The position numbers were made by a program, and so were the translations under genes. Shown here piece after piece: positions 48,851-58,094 of a stretch of 64,000 nucleotides of DNA. The stretch's first letter is position 1. The number at the start of each line of letters is the position of its first letter. The stretch spans positions 1,998-65,997 of the forward strand of contig JAJQEU010000109.1 of the NCBI GenBank assembly GCA_021201535.1. The letters are read 5' to 3'. Source of the stretch: Clostridiales bacterium (GTDB lineage Bacteria; Bacillota; Clostridia; Lachnospirales; Lachnospiraceae). Under the pieces are notes generated by a model. It did no database searches, was not told where the DNA came from, and saw only the letters and a program-made list of their open reading frames with translations.

Positions 48851-50384
48851 ATCTTCCCTCCCTGTCAAATCCATCTAAGTCCAATTGTTCCAGACGGGCG
48901 ATCCTGTCTGTGATACTCTTTTTTCGCTCCTCAAACTGCAGTTCCCTGTTATACGTATAATATTTTTCACATCCGTAATGTCCGATAAACCGTGCGCAGT
49001 AATAGTTCGCCGTGAGCTCGGTCACAAGAATCAGCATCTCATCGCCGTCCGAAAAAGCTTTTTCACAAAAATCAAATGTATTTTGGAGAATCCGCTGCGC
49101 TTCCTCCACCTCGCTCCGCAGAGAAAACAGGGTATCGTCATAGGTCTCCCGGATGATCGTAAAATCGTCCTCACCGGCGTTCTTTTTTAATATCTTTTCC
49201 CGGTACAACTCGAGCTGCGCGGCAACGCGGCGGGTTTCCTTTTGCTTTTCAGGGGACAGGGATGAGGATGCCCTGCCCTTCGCAATCTCCTCCCTCATTT
49301 CCCCGCAGTATTTTTCCAACAGCTCTGCTGCGGGAGCACCGTCCGCAATCTCCGGCCCAATCTGCCGAACCAGCCTGACCAGACGGGCGAGCATATCCTC
49401 CGTGTCGCAGATGCCTCTCATTTTCGTCGTAACCGCCCCAAAGATAATTCCCAGAAGAGAAAACCTCTCGTCTATTTTAGCCGTCGAAGCCCGCGCGACA
49501 ATATCCTCGGAAACCGTTCCGTCCAGGATCGCGTCGATTTTATAATCGCTCCGGTATTTGTGGTACAGGTCATAATAAATAGCAAAATCCCTGGCGATCT
49601 TCGGATCCTGCAGATACTGGCAGACCAGCCTGTCGTTGACGACCAGCCCGTTTTCTTCATACAGCTTTATCATCTCCGAGAGATCCTCCCAGCTTCGCGC
49701 GGTCACAAAAGTTTTGCCGTCCACAGTACTTTGAACCCGGTAAAAATCATCCGTTTTCGCGTAAAGATACGTCATGACCGCCGGATGTACGCCGTTCCTG
49801 TAAGCATAATCCTTCCAGACCTCATAATCCGGCTCCACATCGATCCGTTTCAGGCGATCCCACGTGACAATATCAAAATCCCGAACCGATTTATTATACT
49901 CGGGCGGGTTTCCCGCAGTCACTACGATCCACCCCTCCGGCAGCCTGTGCTGTCCGAAGATCTTAAACTGCAGAAACTGCAGCATACAGGGCGCGAGCGT
50001 CTCGGAAATGCAGTTGATCTCGTCCAGGAAAAGAATCCCCTCCGTGATGCCGGTATCCCGCATCAGGTCATAGACCGATCCGATGATCTCGCTCATGGTG
50101 TACTCGGAAACCTGATACGTCTTTCCGCCGTACTCTTTTTCCACAATATAGGGAAGGCCCAGGGCGCTCTGTCTGGTATGGTGCGTCATGGAATAGGAGA
50201 TCAGACCCACGCCCAGCTCCGAGGCAATCTGCCGCATGACGGCCGTTTTTCCGATTCCGGGCGGACCGATCAGAAACACCGGCCGCTGTTTTTCCGTGGG
50301 GATTTTATAACATCCGAATTCATCCTTCGTCAGATAAGCTTTCAGCGCTCCCCGGATCTGTTCTTTTGCCTCAGCGATATTCAT
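48837..50384 (-). CDS. MoxR-type AAA+ ATPase with a long helical C-terminus
   Basis: GPPGIGKT, LFLDEIN, AGNP and WDRL. Confidence 0.88.
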   Translation of the reverse strand: MNIAEAKEQIRGALKAYLTKDEFGCYKIPTEKQRPVFLIGPPGIGKTAVMRQIASELGVGLISYSMTHHTRQSALGLPYIVEKEYGGKTYQVSEYTMSEIIGSVYDLMRDTGITEGILFLDEINCISETLAPCMLQFLQFKIFGQHRLPEGWIVVTAGNPPEYNKSVRDFDIVTWDRLKRIDVEPDYEVWKDYAYRNGVHPAVMTYLYAKTDDFYRVQSTVDGKTFVTARSWEDLSEMIKLYEENGLVVNDRLVCQYLQDPKIARDFAIYYDLYHKYRSDYKIDAILDGTVSEDIVARASTAKIDERFSLLGIIFGAVTTKMRGICDTEDMLARLVRLVRQIGPEIADGAPAAELLEKYCGEMREEIAKGRASSSLSPEKQKETRRVAAQLELYREKILKKNAGEDDFTIIRETYDDTLFSLRSEVEEAQRILQNTFDFCEKAFSDGDEMLILVTELTANYYCARFIGHYGCEKYYTYNRELQFEERKKSITDRIARLEQLDLDGFDREGRYGQR

Positions 50385-50415
50385 TGCGCTCCTCCTGAAA
50401 ATCAATTACTGCCGG

Positions 50416-50526
50416 CCATCCCGGTGTTTCCTCTCTGATGAAAAACATGACCGTCCCGGCGTTTTTTACTCCGATGAAAAAGATAGCCGTCCCGGCGTTT
50501 CTGCTCAGATGGCAAACATAGCCATC
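50416..50526. repeat. Degenerate ~35-bp tandem triplication overlapping the LRR gene stop
   Basis: Units at 50416, 50451 and 50487: CCRTCCCGGYGTTT...GATG..AAA.AT.. Confidence 0.7.
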
Positions 50527-52379
50527 ACATCAATTTCGCTGCCGGAAGCTTTTCTGTGTTCCAGCAGCGCAGCGACCATCTCCATCTTCTTTTCCCGCTG
50601 GGCGCGTTCCAGCATATTCGTAAAAAGCTCCGTCCCAATCGCAAAATGTCCGGAAATATACGTCGCGGCGTCCGGCAGATTTCCCGTGACCACGGCGGAC
50701 AGGGTCTTTTCCAAATGGCTTCGGATGTATTCCCGGTACCCGGCGGCGATTCCATCCGTATATCGATCCGCGGCGCGGCAGTATCCGATGGCGGCAAAAA
50801 TCTGATCTTCCTCATCGAACTCCCCGATCGCCATTCCCGGAGCCGTGACGGAGATCAGGCTGTGGCATTGCGAAAACGGCTTTTCATGCAGCTCGCCTAC
50901 CGTCCGCGGCAGTTCGATCTCCTGCAGTGACTCCATGCCGGTAAAGGCGCGGGGACCGATTTTCTCCACGCTTTCCGGAACATATATAAACCGGATCTCC
51001 TTTTTGCCGGAAAAAGCGCCGCCCAGGATCTCCCGGATTCCTTCCGTCAGACGAAGTTCAGAACCCCGGGCGCACAGGCCGACGCATGCGCCGTCCGCCA
51101 CGACAAATCCATTCGCGTCCGCCAGCGCCGTACAACCGTCAAAACAGCCCTCGCCCAGTTCCGATATCCCGACCGGAACGGAAATCCCGACAAGACCTGC
51201 GCAGCCGGAAAATACACGCGCCCCCATATGCTCCAGAGAATCCGGCAAACGTATCCGCGCCAGCGAACGGCATTGCCCGAACGCCCCGGTTTGAAGCGAA
51301 CAGACACCGTCGGCGATATCCACCCGCTCAAGAGCCACGCACTGGGAAAACGCATCCTCCGGCACCTCCGAAACCGACGCAGGAACAGACACCTCCGTAA
51401 TGCTTCTCAGTCCCGAAAAGGCGCTTTCTCCGATAAATTCCAGGCCGTCCGGCAGCTTCAGCTCCCGGATACATCTGCAAAGGCAGAATGCCCTCCTTTC
51501 GATCCGCTTTACCGTATCAGGAATGGAAATCTTCTCGAGAGAAATACACTCATAAAAAGCGTCGATCCCGATCCGTTCCAGCCCCTCCTCCAGATTAATC
51601 CGGCTCAGATTACTGCAGCCGGAGAACGCCCAGTCTCCGATTGCCTCCACCGGTCCGTTAAACTTCACGTCGACCAGCGCGCTGCAGCCGAAAAACATCC
51701 ATCCGCGAAGCGTTTTCAGGGATGCGGGAAATTCAATCCGGTGCAGTCCCCTGCAGCCGGAGAACGCGCCTCCCTCAATCTCCTCGATCCCGTTTTCAAA
51801 GGATATGTCAGCCAGGCGCTTGCAATCCTTAAAACAGCGCCATCCGATCCGCCGGACGCTCCCGGGGATATGGATCCGGGTCAGGCCGGAGCATTCCCGG
51901 AAAGCCCTCCATCCAATCCGCAAAAGTGTACCGGGCAGTGTTATCTCATCCAGAAGGATCCTCTCCGCGAATGCGTCCGCGCTGATCTCCTCCACGCCGG
52001 CCGGCACCGACGCTCTGCGTATATTGCGCCTTGCCTTCAAAAGACACCGGCCGAGAATCAGGAAATCCTCCTGCCATTCGTTTTCATTTTCGCTGTAATA
52101 CTTATAATACGGAGTTCCCTTAAAGGCGTCATTCCCGATATGGCAAAGCGTCTGCGGAGCCCGGACTGCTTGCAGGTTATCACACCAGAGAAACGCCTCG
52201 TCCTCTACAGATTCTACGCCCTCCGGGATCACAATCTCCCGCAGGGAACGGCAGTTCTGAAACGCTTTCTCCCCAATCGTGCGCACGCCGTCCGGAAGCG
52301 TAAGATACGGCTCCTGTCCGCGGTACTTTACCAGCACCCCGTCTGTTATCTCAAAAGCATTCTCATCATCACGGTTCAT
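50505..52379 (-). CDS. BspA-type (LRR_5) leucine-rich repeat protein without a signal peptide
   Basis: About 20 repeats of LxxIxIPxxVxxIGxxAFxxC; N-terminal DGVLVKYRG cap. Confidence 0.92.
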   Translation of the reverse strand: MNRDDENAFEITDGVLVKYRGQEPYLTLPDGVRTIGEKAFQNCRSLREIVIPEGVESVEDEAFLWCDNLQAVRAPQTLCHIGNDAFKGTPYYKYYSENENEWQEDFLILGRCLLKARRNIRRASVPAGVEEISADAFAERILLDEITLPGTLLRIGWRAFRECSGLTRIHIPGSVRRIGWRCFKDCKRLADISFENGIEEIEGGAFSGCRGLHRIEFPASLKTLRGWMFFGCSALVDVKFNGPVEAIGDWAFSGCSNLSRINLEEGLERIGIDAFYECISLEKISIPDTVKRIERRAFCLCRCIRELKLPDGLEFIGESAFSGLRSITEVSVPASVSEVPEDAFSQCVALERVDIADGVCSLQTGAFGQCRSLARIRLPDSLEHMGARVFSGCAGLVGISVPVGISELGEGCFDGCTALADANGFVVADGACVGLCARGSELRLTEGIREILGGAFSGKKEIRFIYVPESVEKIGPRAFTGMESLQEIELPRTVGELHEKPFSQCHSLISVTAPGMAIGEFDEEDQIFAAIGYCRAADRYTDGIAAGYREYIRSHLEKTLSAVVTGNLPDAATYISGHFAIGTELFTNMLERAQREKKMEMVAALLEHRKASGSEIDVMAMFAI

Positions 52380-52438
52380 ACGAACACCTCTTACCAGCTG
52401 TTACAGCGCTCGGTTGCGCGATACCCTGATACATATGA

Positions 52439-54040
52439 TTAAGACGATAAACTGTCCTCCCGCAGCACAACCTTCATTGCCCAGTGCGGAACCTCGGGCG
52501 TTTCTCGCCCCGTATCCAGAAACACAAACGCCGTGTCATATTTCGGCGGCATGGCCGGATAAGTTCCATAGCCGTCCGTAAAATAAATCATCCCCCGCAG
52601 ATTGGAAAATTCATGGCGGCGGAGCAGCCCGTCGACATATGTGAACACCGGACGGAAATCCGTTCCTCCGAAGCCCTTTAAGCTCATACCCTCCATATAT
52701 CGGTCAAACTCTTCCTGCGAAGTGATTTTCTGATCCTCCTCCACCCGCGCGCCGCACTGTATGATATGCACATTGACCGTAGTGAAAAAATTTTCACTCT
52801 GTTTCATGATATTCCAGGTCTTTGCGACAAACGCCTGCACGACCTCGCCGGCGACGGACTGGGATGTATCCAGTGCGATCACAAACTCCCGCACCTTTCG
52901 GACCTCTTTGGACTCCAACGGTTCGATCAGTGGCATCCTTCCGTACCGTTTCATCGCCCAGGTATACAAAATGGGGTCAAATTCATCGTCGTTGACCTCG
53001 ATATTCTCCCCGAGAACGGAAAACTTTCTCAGAAATTCAGCGTAATCGTATCTCTCCCGGCTGATCTCCCGCAGCGCCTGTATCAGATTGCCGTCGGAAC
53101 TGCCCCAGGTATCCGGCATGGTATCCAGTTCTACCCGGATCCGCTCCGAAATCTCCTGCCACCGGCGTTTTAATTCCTCCGGCGACAGCGCCTGCCGATC
53201 CTTTATTTCATCTTTCCGGTTTTCGTCGGAGGGCAGGCCTCCTGTGTCTGTCGAATCCTTTTTCTCTCCCGCGGGATTCCCGCCGGCGGCGTCCGTCTGC
53301 GGGGCATCCTCCGCGTCCGGTTCCGGCGGTCCGGCGCCGCCCGGGCTATCCGCGTCGCCCGTCTCCGGCGGCGTTTCCTTCGCGTCCTCCGTCCGGTCAG
53401 AGCGTTTCCCTTCGTCGGAACTGTCCGGCGCGGATGGTTCTCCGTACCAGAATTCATGGTCGTCCGCGTAAAAATACTCCCGCAGCCGTGTCATCTCGCT
53501 TTTTTCCAGCCCGGACTCTTTGAAATGCCGGTAGATCCGCTCCGCGGTCAGGGCGGGCAGCTCATCCTTTAACCGGACGATCAGCCACTGCTGCCGCTCC
53601 TGGCGTTCACAGAAAAATGTCTTCACATTCTGCTCCGCGATGATGTTTTCCACCATAATATCACAGGAGAGATCCCAGAGCTCCCGGTCAATCTTCGCGT
53701 CCACAAACAGATGGCGAAACACACAGTGGAGAACCAGATGCAGATAATTCCGGTTCACGATCGCCGGCGACCGCTGAAACTGTCTGCACAGGTAATCCGA
53801 ATGATAGAACAGGCTTCTCCCGTCCGTAGCAATCTCCGGTGTCGCGCTCTCTTCCCCGAACCGGATCTCAAGCAATGCCGATTCCAGAAAACGGAAATTC
53901 AGCAGGATAGTATTGCGGGAAAGGCGCAGAATATCCTTCGACAGGTCCGAAGCTTCCCGCCGCCTCCTCATATCGTCTAAGTCAGCATAATGTCCGTCGA
54001 AAGTCCGAGCATATTTCGGCAGCTGATCCGCAGTCTCCAT
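52439..54040 (-). CDS. DUF2201-type metallopeptidase-like and VWA domain protein
   Basis: ATDG...Y, HLVLHCVFRH, acidic linker, MIDAS LDTSQS, GGTDFRPVF and YFTDGYG. Confidence 0.88.
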   Translation of the reverse strand: METADQLPKYARTFDGHYADLDDMRRRREASDLSKDILRLSRNTILLNFRFLESALLEIRFGEESATPEIATDGRSLFYHSDYLCRQFQRSPAIVNRNYLHLVLHCVFRHLFVDAKIDRELWDLSCDIMVENIIAEQNVKTFFCERQERQQWLIVRLKDELPALTAERIYRHFKESGLEKSEMTRLREYFYADDHEFWYGEPSAPDSSDEGKRSDRTEDAKETPPETGDADSPGGAGPPEPDAEDAPQTDAAGGNPAGEKKDSTDTGGLPSDENRKDEIKDRQALSPEELKRRWQEISERIRVELDTMPDTWGSSDGNLIQALREISRERYDYAEFLRKFSVLGENIEVNDDEFDPILYTWAMKRYGRMPLIEPLESKEVRKVREFVIALDTSQSVAGEVVQAFVAKTWNIMKQSENFFTTVNVHIIQCGARVEEDQKITSQEEFDRYMEGMSLKGFGGTDFRPVFTYVDGLLRRHEFSNLRGMIYFTDGYGTYPAMPPKYDTAFVFLDTGRETPEVPHWAMKVVLREDSLSS

Positions 54041-54120
54041 CGCAGCCTCCTATTCCGAACCGGTGTGGTTATTCCCGCTCCGGCAACTGATTCGCAATCT
54101 CTGTCGCAGCCTCCAGTTCC

Positions 54121-56559
54121 TTAATCCCGCTCCGGCAGCGGCGGCATCGTATCAAACTTCTGTCTCAGATCCTCCGCTCCGAATTCAGTCTTTCCCGTTT
54201 TTTCATTTTCACGAAGCGCTCTCCACAGGCGTTCCGGCGTAATCGGAAGCTCCCGAAGCGTCAGGCCGGTCGCGTAGTTGATCGCGTTGCCGATCGCCGA
54301 ACCGACCGGTGCGGTACTTCCCTCGCCCGCCTCCTTCGCCCCAAGCGGTCCTTCCGGATCGTATTCGCTGCAGATAAAGGTCCTGATATTCGGCATATCC
54401 AGAGCCGTCGGGAAACGGTAATCACGAAAGCTCGGATTTAAGTGCCGACCCTCGCTGCTGTACTGGCACTCCTCATAACAGGTAAAACCGAAACCGAGCA
54501 GTACGGAACCTTCGATCTGCCCCTCCACCGCGCGGATATTCAGCGGCCTTCCGCAGTCATGCCCGAACGCGAAATCGTCAAGCGAAACCTGTCCGGTCTC
54601 CTTATCCACCGTAACCTTCGCCGCCGATGCGGAGAAAGAATACGCGGTCGCGTAGTTTCCTACATTTTTCACATAAATATCCTTGTCGCCCTCATGCGCG
54701 AACGAACCCACGCCCACGACGCAGCGTCCGAAGTTTTTCTCCTCATATCCGAACAGCGCCTCATTGTAAGAAATATTCTTTTCCGGGTCGCCCTTGATAA
54801 AGACGCGGTGGTCCTTCATGGTAATGTCGGAGGGTTTGCACCCCCACTCCTCTGCCCAGTGGGAAAGCAGCTTGAACTTTGCGTCTCCCACCGCCCGGTG
54901 GCAGGCGTTTCCGCCGAGGAAAGTCACACGGGAGCCGAAGGAACCCGCATCCCACGGCGTCGTCGTCGTGTCGGACTGCACACACTTAACCTCGTCCATC
55001 CGGAGCCCCAGCTCCTCCGCCACGATCATCGTCATCACCGTATCGCATCCCTGCCCGATGTCGTTGGCGCCGGTAAATACAACCGCGTATCCCTCACGGT
55101 TCAGCCTGACGATCGTGGAAGCCGAACAGTAATGGGGCGTTACCAGTACGGGGAACCCGGTGCCGGACATGAATCCGGAGCCCGACAATCCCACGCCCTC
55201 CCCGCTTCCGAGCGGATACCGCCACCTGTGTTCCCAGTCGATCGCATCAGCAACCGCCGTCAGGCACTCGTCAAATTTACAGGAGGTAAATTCCAGACCG
55301 GTAGGGCCGGTATAATACGGCGTAATCTCATTATCACGGCGCAGCTTCAGCGGATCGATGCCAAGGGAATTCGCCACCTCATCCATGTGTATCTCATGGG
55401 CGAAATGTACCTGACACGCCGAATAACCTCTCATGGCGCCGGAAGCGGGGTGGTTGGTGTATGGCCTCCGCGCCGTCATGTCGATGTTTTCCACCTTGTA
55501 GGGAAAGGTCGCGCAGATCAGCGAAAGGGTATTGGCCGCAATGCCGGATCCTCCGTAGGCTCCCCCGTCCAGGATATGCTTGCAGCGTTTTGCCAGAAGC
55601 TTTCCTTCCTTTGTGAAAGCGCTCTCAATCTCAAAGGAAATGGGATGTCTGGTTCTTGTACACATAAATACCTCATCCCGCTTTAAAATGCACTTGACCG
55701 GATGGCCGGTCATCTGTGCGAACTTGCACGGGCAGAGCTCATGGGCGAATGCGTCCAGCTTTCCGCCGAACCCGCCGCCGATCATCGGCTTGATCAGATG
55801 CACCTGGCTCTCCGGCACACCAAGCCCCCAGGCAATCCAGTAACGGCTGACATAAGCGCCCTGCGTCGTCGTCCAGATCGTATATTCCCCATTCTCGTAC
55901 TTTGCGATCGCCCCGTGCGGCTCAATCGCCGCGTGAACCATCTCCTGCGTCTTATAATAATGCTTATCCGTGTAATAGGCTTCCTCAAACACCCGGTCCG
56001 GCTCTCCCGCCTTCATGGTGGTAAAAATAGAGAGATTACCCGTCCCCGGATAATGGATCGCCGGAGCGTCCGGCTGCATGGAGTAAAACGGATCCAGCAC
56101 CGGTTCCAGCGGTTCGTATTCTACCTTTACCAGCGCCGCCGCCTCCGTGGCGGCCTCCTCCGTCGTGGCGCAGACCGCGGCGACCTCGTCGCCGGCCATA
56201 CGGACCTTTTTACGGCACAGCGGCTCCTTGTCCGCCAGCTCCTTGAAAGCCTCAGGGTTCCCCAGGTTGTGTCCCTCCGGGAAATCCTTTCCGGTAAGCG
56301 TCGCCTTTACCCCCGGCACCTTCAGCGCTTCCGTGAAATCAATGCTTTTGATGAGCGCATGGGCGTAGGGGCTGTGTACCAGCTTACAATACCATGTGCC
56401 GGGCAGATCCACGTCGTCCGTATAGACCGCGGAGCCGGTTACCTTTGCCTCCGCGTCGATCCTGATATACGCGTTTCCCCTGCCTGCCAGTTCATAATCC
56501 TCGGGATCCTTGTATACGCTCTCTACATCCGCGTAATATTCTTTCGCCATAACCGCCAT
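54121..56559 (-). CDS. Xanthine-oxidase-family molybdopterin-binding large subunit (HcrA/CoxL-like)
   Basis: AKVTG...Y.DD, HAAIEPH, TTTQ, GGGFGGK, GAMRG, DIGQG, SRVTF.GGNA, EGQIEG and GAKEAGE; TAATG coupling to the 2Fe-2S gene. Confidence 0.93.
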   Translation of the reverse strand: MAVMAKEYYADVESVYKDPEDYELAGRGNAYIRIDAEAKVTGSAVYTDDVDLPGTWYCKLVHSPYAHALIKSIDFTEALKVPGVKATLTGKDFPEGHNLGNPEAFKELADKEPLCRKKVRMAGDEVAAVCATTEEAATEAAALVKVEYEPLEPVLDPFYSMQPDAPAIHYPGTGNLSIFTTMKAGEPDRVFEEAYYTDKHYYKTQEMVHAAIEPHGAIAKYENGEYTIWTTTQGAYVSRYWIAWGLGVPESQVHLIKPMIGGGFGGKLDAFAHELCPCKFAQMTGHPVKCILKRDEVFMCTRTRHPISFEIESAFTKEGKLLAKRCKHILDGGAYGGSGIAANTLSLICATFPYKVENIDMTARRPYTNHPASGAMRGYSACQVHFAHEIHMDEVANSLGIDPLKLRRDNEITPYYTGPTGLEFTSCKFDECLTAVADAIDWEHRWRYPLGSGEGVGLSGSGFMSGTGFPVLVTPHYCSASTIVRLNREGYAVVFTGANDIGQGCDTVMTMIVAEELGLRMDEVKCVQSDTTTTPWDAGSFGSRVTFLGGNACHRAVGDAKFKLLSHWAEEWGCKPSDITMKDHRVFIKGDPEKNISYNEALFGYEEKNFGRCVVGVGSFAHEGDKDIYVKNVGNYATAYSFSASAAKVTVDKETGQVSLDDFAFGHDCGRPLNIRAVEGQIEGSVLLGFGFTCYEECQYSSEGRHLNPSFRDYRFPTALDMPNIRTFICSEYDPEGPLGAKEAGEGSTAPVGSAIGNAINYATGLTLRELPITPERLWRALRENEKTGKTEFGAEDLRQKFDTMPPLPERD

Positions 56560-57041
56560 TATGCACGCACCTCCCTCGCCAAAACCTTCGCCGCGGCGTC
56601 GATTGCCTCCACGATCTTCGCATAGCCTGTACATCTGCACAGGTTGCCCGCGATACCGTCCCTGATCTCCTGCTCCGTGGGATGCGGATTTTCATGCAGC
56701 AGAGATAACGCGGACATGATCATGCCCGGTGTACAGAAGCCGCACTGCAGCGCCCACTTATCCATAAATTCTTTCTGCACCGGATGCAGCACTCCGTCCT
56801 TTTTGACACCTTCGATCGTCACGACCTCATGGCCGTCCGCCTCCACGGCAAGCATCATGCAGGAATCAATCGCCGCCCCGTCCAGGAGAATGGTGCACGC
56901 GCCGCATTCTCCTTCCTCGCAGCCTCTTTTCGTACCTGTCAGATGCATCTGTTTCCGGAGGAAATCCACCATGGTAAGCCCGTCGGCGACCAGCTCCTCC
57001 ACATCCTCTCCATTAAGTTTAAAGCTAATGATATGTTTCAC
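56559..57041 (-). CDS. 2x[2Fe-2S] small subunit (CoxS/XdhC-type ferredoxin subunit)
   Basis: GCEEGECGACT, QCGFCTPG and GNLCRCTGY. Confidence 0.96.
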   Translation of the reverse strand: MKHIISFKLNGEDVEELVADGLTMVDFLRKQMHLTGTKRGCEEGECGACTILLDGAAIDSCMMLAVEADGHEVVTIEGVKKDGVLHPVQKEFMDKWALQCGFCTPGMIMSALSLLHENPHPTEQEIRDGIAGNLCRCTGYAKIVEAIDAAAKVLAREVRA

Positions 57042-57056
57042 GCTGATTCCTCCTTC

Positions 57057-57944
57057 CTACACTTTCCGCGTCGCGACCGCTTCTTTTATGGCACGCTTTG
57101 TATAGACGCGCACCATATCCGCCCGGTACTCCGCGGATGCCCGGACGTCGGAAATGGGCTTCGCCTCTCCCATGGCCAGCCGGCCGGCTTCCTCCAGCGT
57201 CTCCTCAGTGATCTCTCTGCCTTTTAAGAACTCCTCCGCCTGACAGGCGCGCAGGGGAGTGATCCCGACGCCTCCCATGGCGATTCTCACATCTGCAACC
57301 GTTTTTTTATCCATCCGGATCCACGCCGCCACTCCGATAATCGCCAGATCCATCGCCTTCCTCACAGAATGCTTAAAATAAGCGGATCCCTCACCGGACT
57401 TTAACGCCGATATCAGAATCTCCGTCACAATCTCCCCGCCGTTTTTATCCAGGCAGGTCTTTTTGACGCCCTTGAAAAATTCTCCGATCGGGATGATCCT
57501 GCCGCCTCCCGGACGGTAAGTGGAAACCTCCGCGTTCATCGCCAGTAAAATCGAAGCGGTATCCGCGGACGGCGATGCGTTGCAGATATTTCCCGCCATG
57601 GTTCCCTTGCGGCGGATCTGAGCGGAAGCCACATAATGCGCCGCCTGAGAAACCGCGGGCATCTTTTCCCTGACAAGGTCAGATGTCTGGATGGCGAACA
57701 GCTTTGTGTTCGCGCCGACCCTTAGCCCTCTCCCTTCTTCAAATTCCAGCGTATCCAGCCCCGGGATCCCCTTGATATCGACCACAGAATCCACATCCTT
57801 TAAGACACGCTCTTTCAGCAAGATGATCACGTCCGTCCCGCCGGACATAAGAATCGCGCGCGGACCAAGCTCTGTCATTTTCGCAGAGGCTTCCTCCAGA
57901 CTTCGGACCGCGTAATAATCAATTGCCGGTAAAGCCATACTCAT
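57057..57944 (-). CDS. FAD-binding medium subunit (CoxM-type)
   Basis: GGTDV, ASAQIRRKGTMAGNICNASPSAD and ISDVRASAEYR; no [4Fe-4S] Cys insert. Confidence 0.94.
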   Translation of the reverse strand: MSMALPAIDYYAVRSLEEASAKMTELGPRAILMSGGTDVIILLKERVLKDVDSVVDIKGIPGLDTLEFEEGRGLRVGANTKLFAIQTSDLVREKMPAVSQAAHYVASAQIRRKGTMAGNICNASPSADTASILLAMNAEVSTYRPGGGRIIPIGEFFKGVKKTCLDKNGGEIVTEILISALKSGEGSAYFKHSVRKAMDLAIIGVAAWIRMDKKTVADVRIAMGGVGITPLRACQAEEFLKGREITEETLEEAGRLAMGEAKPISDVRASAEYRADMVRVYTKRAIKEAVATRKV

Positions 57945-58094
57945 TTCCTTCCTTTCTTTGTTGCTTCTTTTGACAAAAGTTTATCAAAAAGAACCCGGGG
58001 AAGCCATGCGCATATGCGACAGGGGTTGCAAATGCGACTAACGCATTTTTATTTTCCCTGCAGCGTTCCCGATCTCATCCTTCTTTTCATCCTG

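Noticed and set aside
50416-50526. Possible mini-CRISPR array
   Set aside because: Units are similar along their whole length with no unique spacers, overlap a stop codon, and no cas genes are nearby.
54121-57944. Selenocysteine or selenium-dependent hydroxylase
   Set aside because: No in-frame TGA is needed, and no yqeB/yqeC/selD lies in the window (genes elsewhere cannot be excluded).
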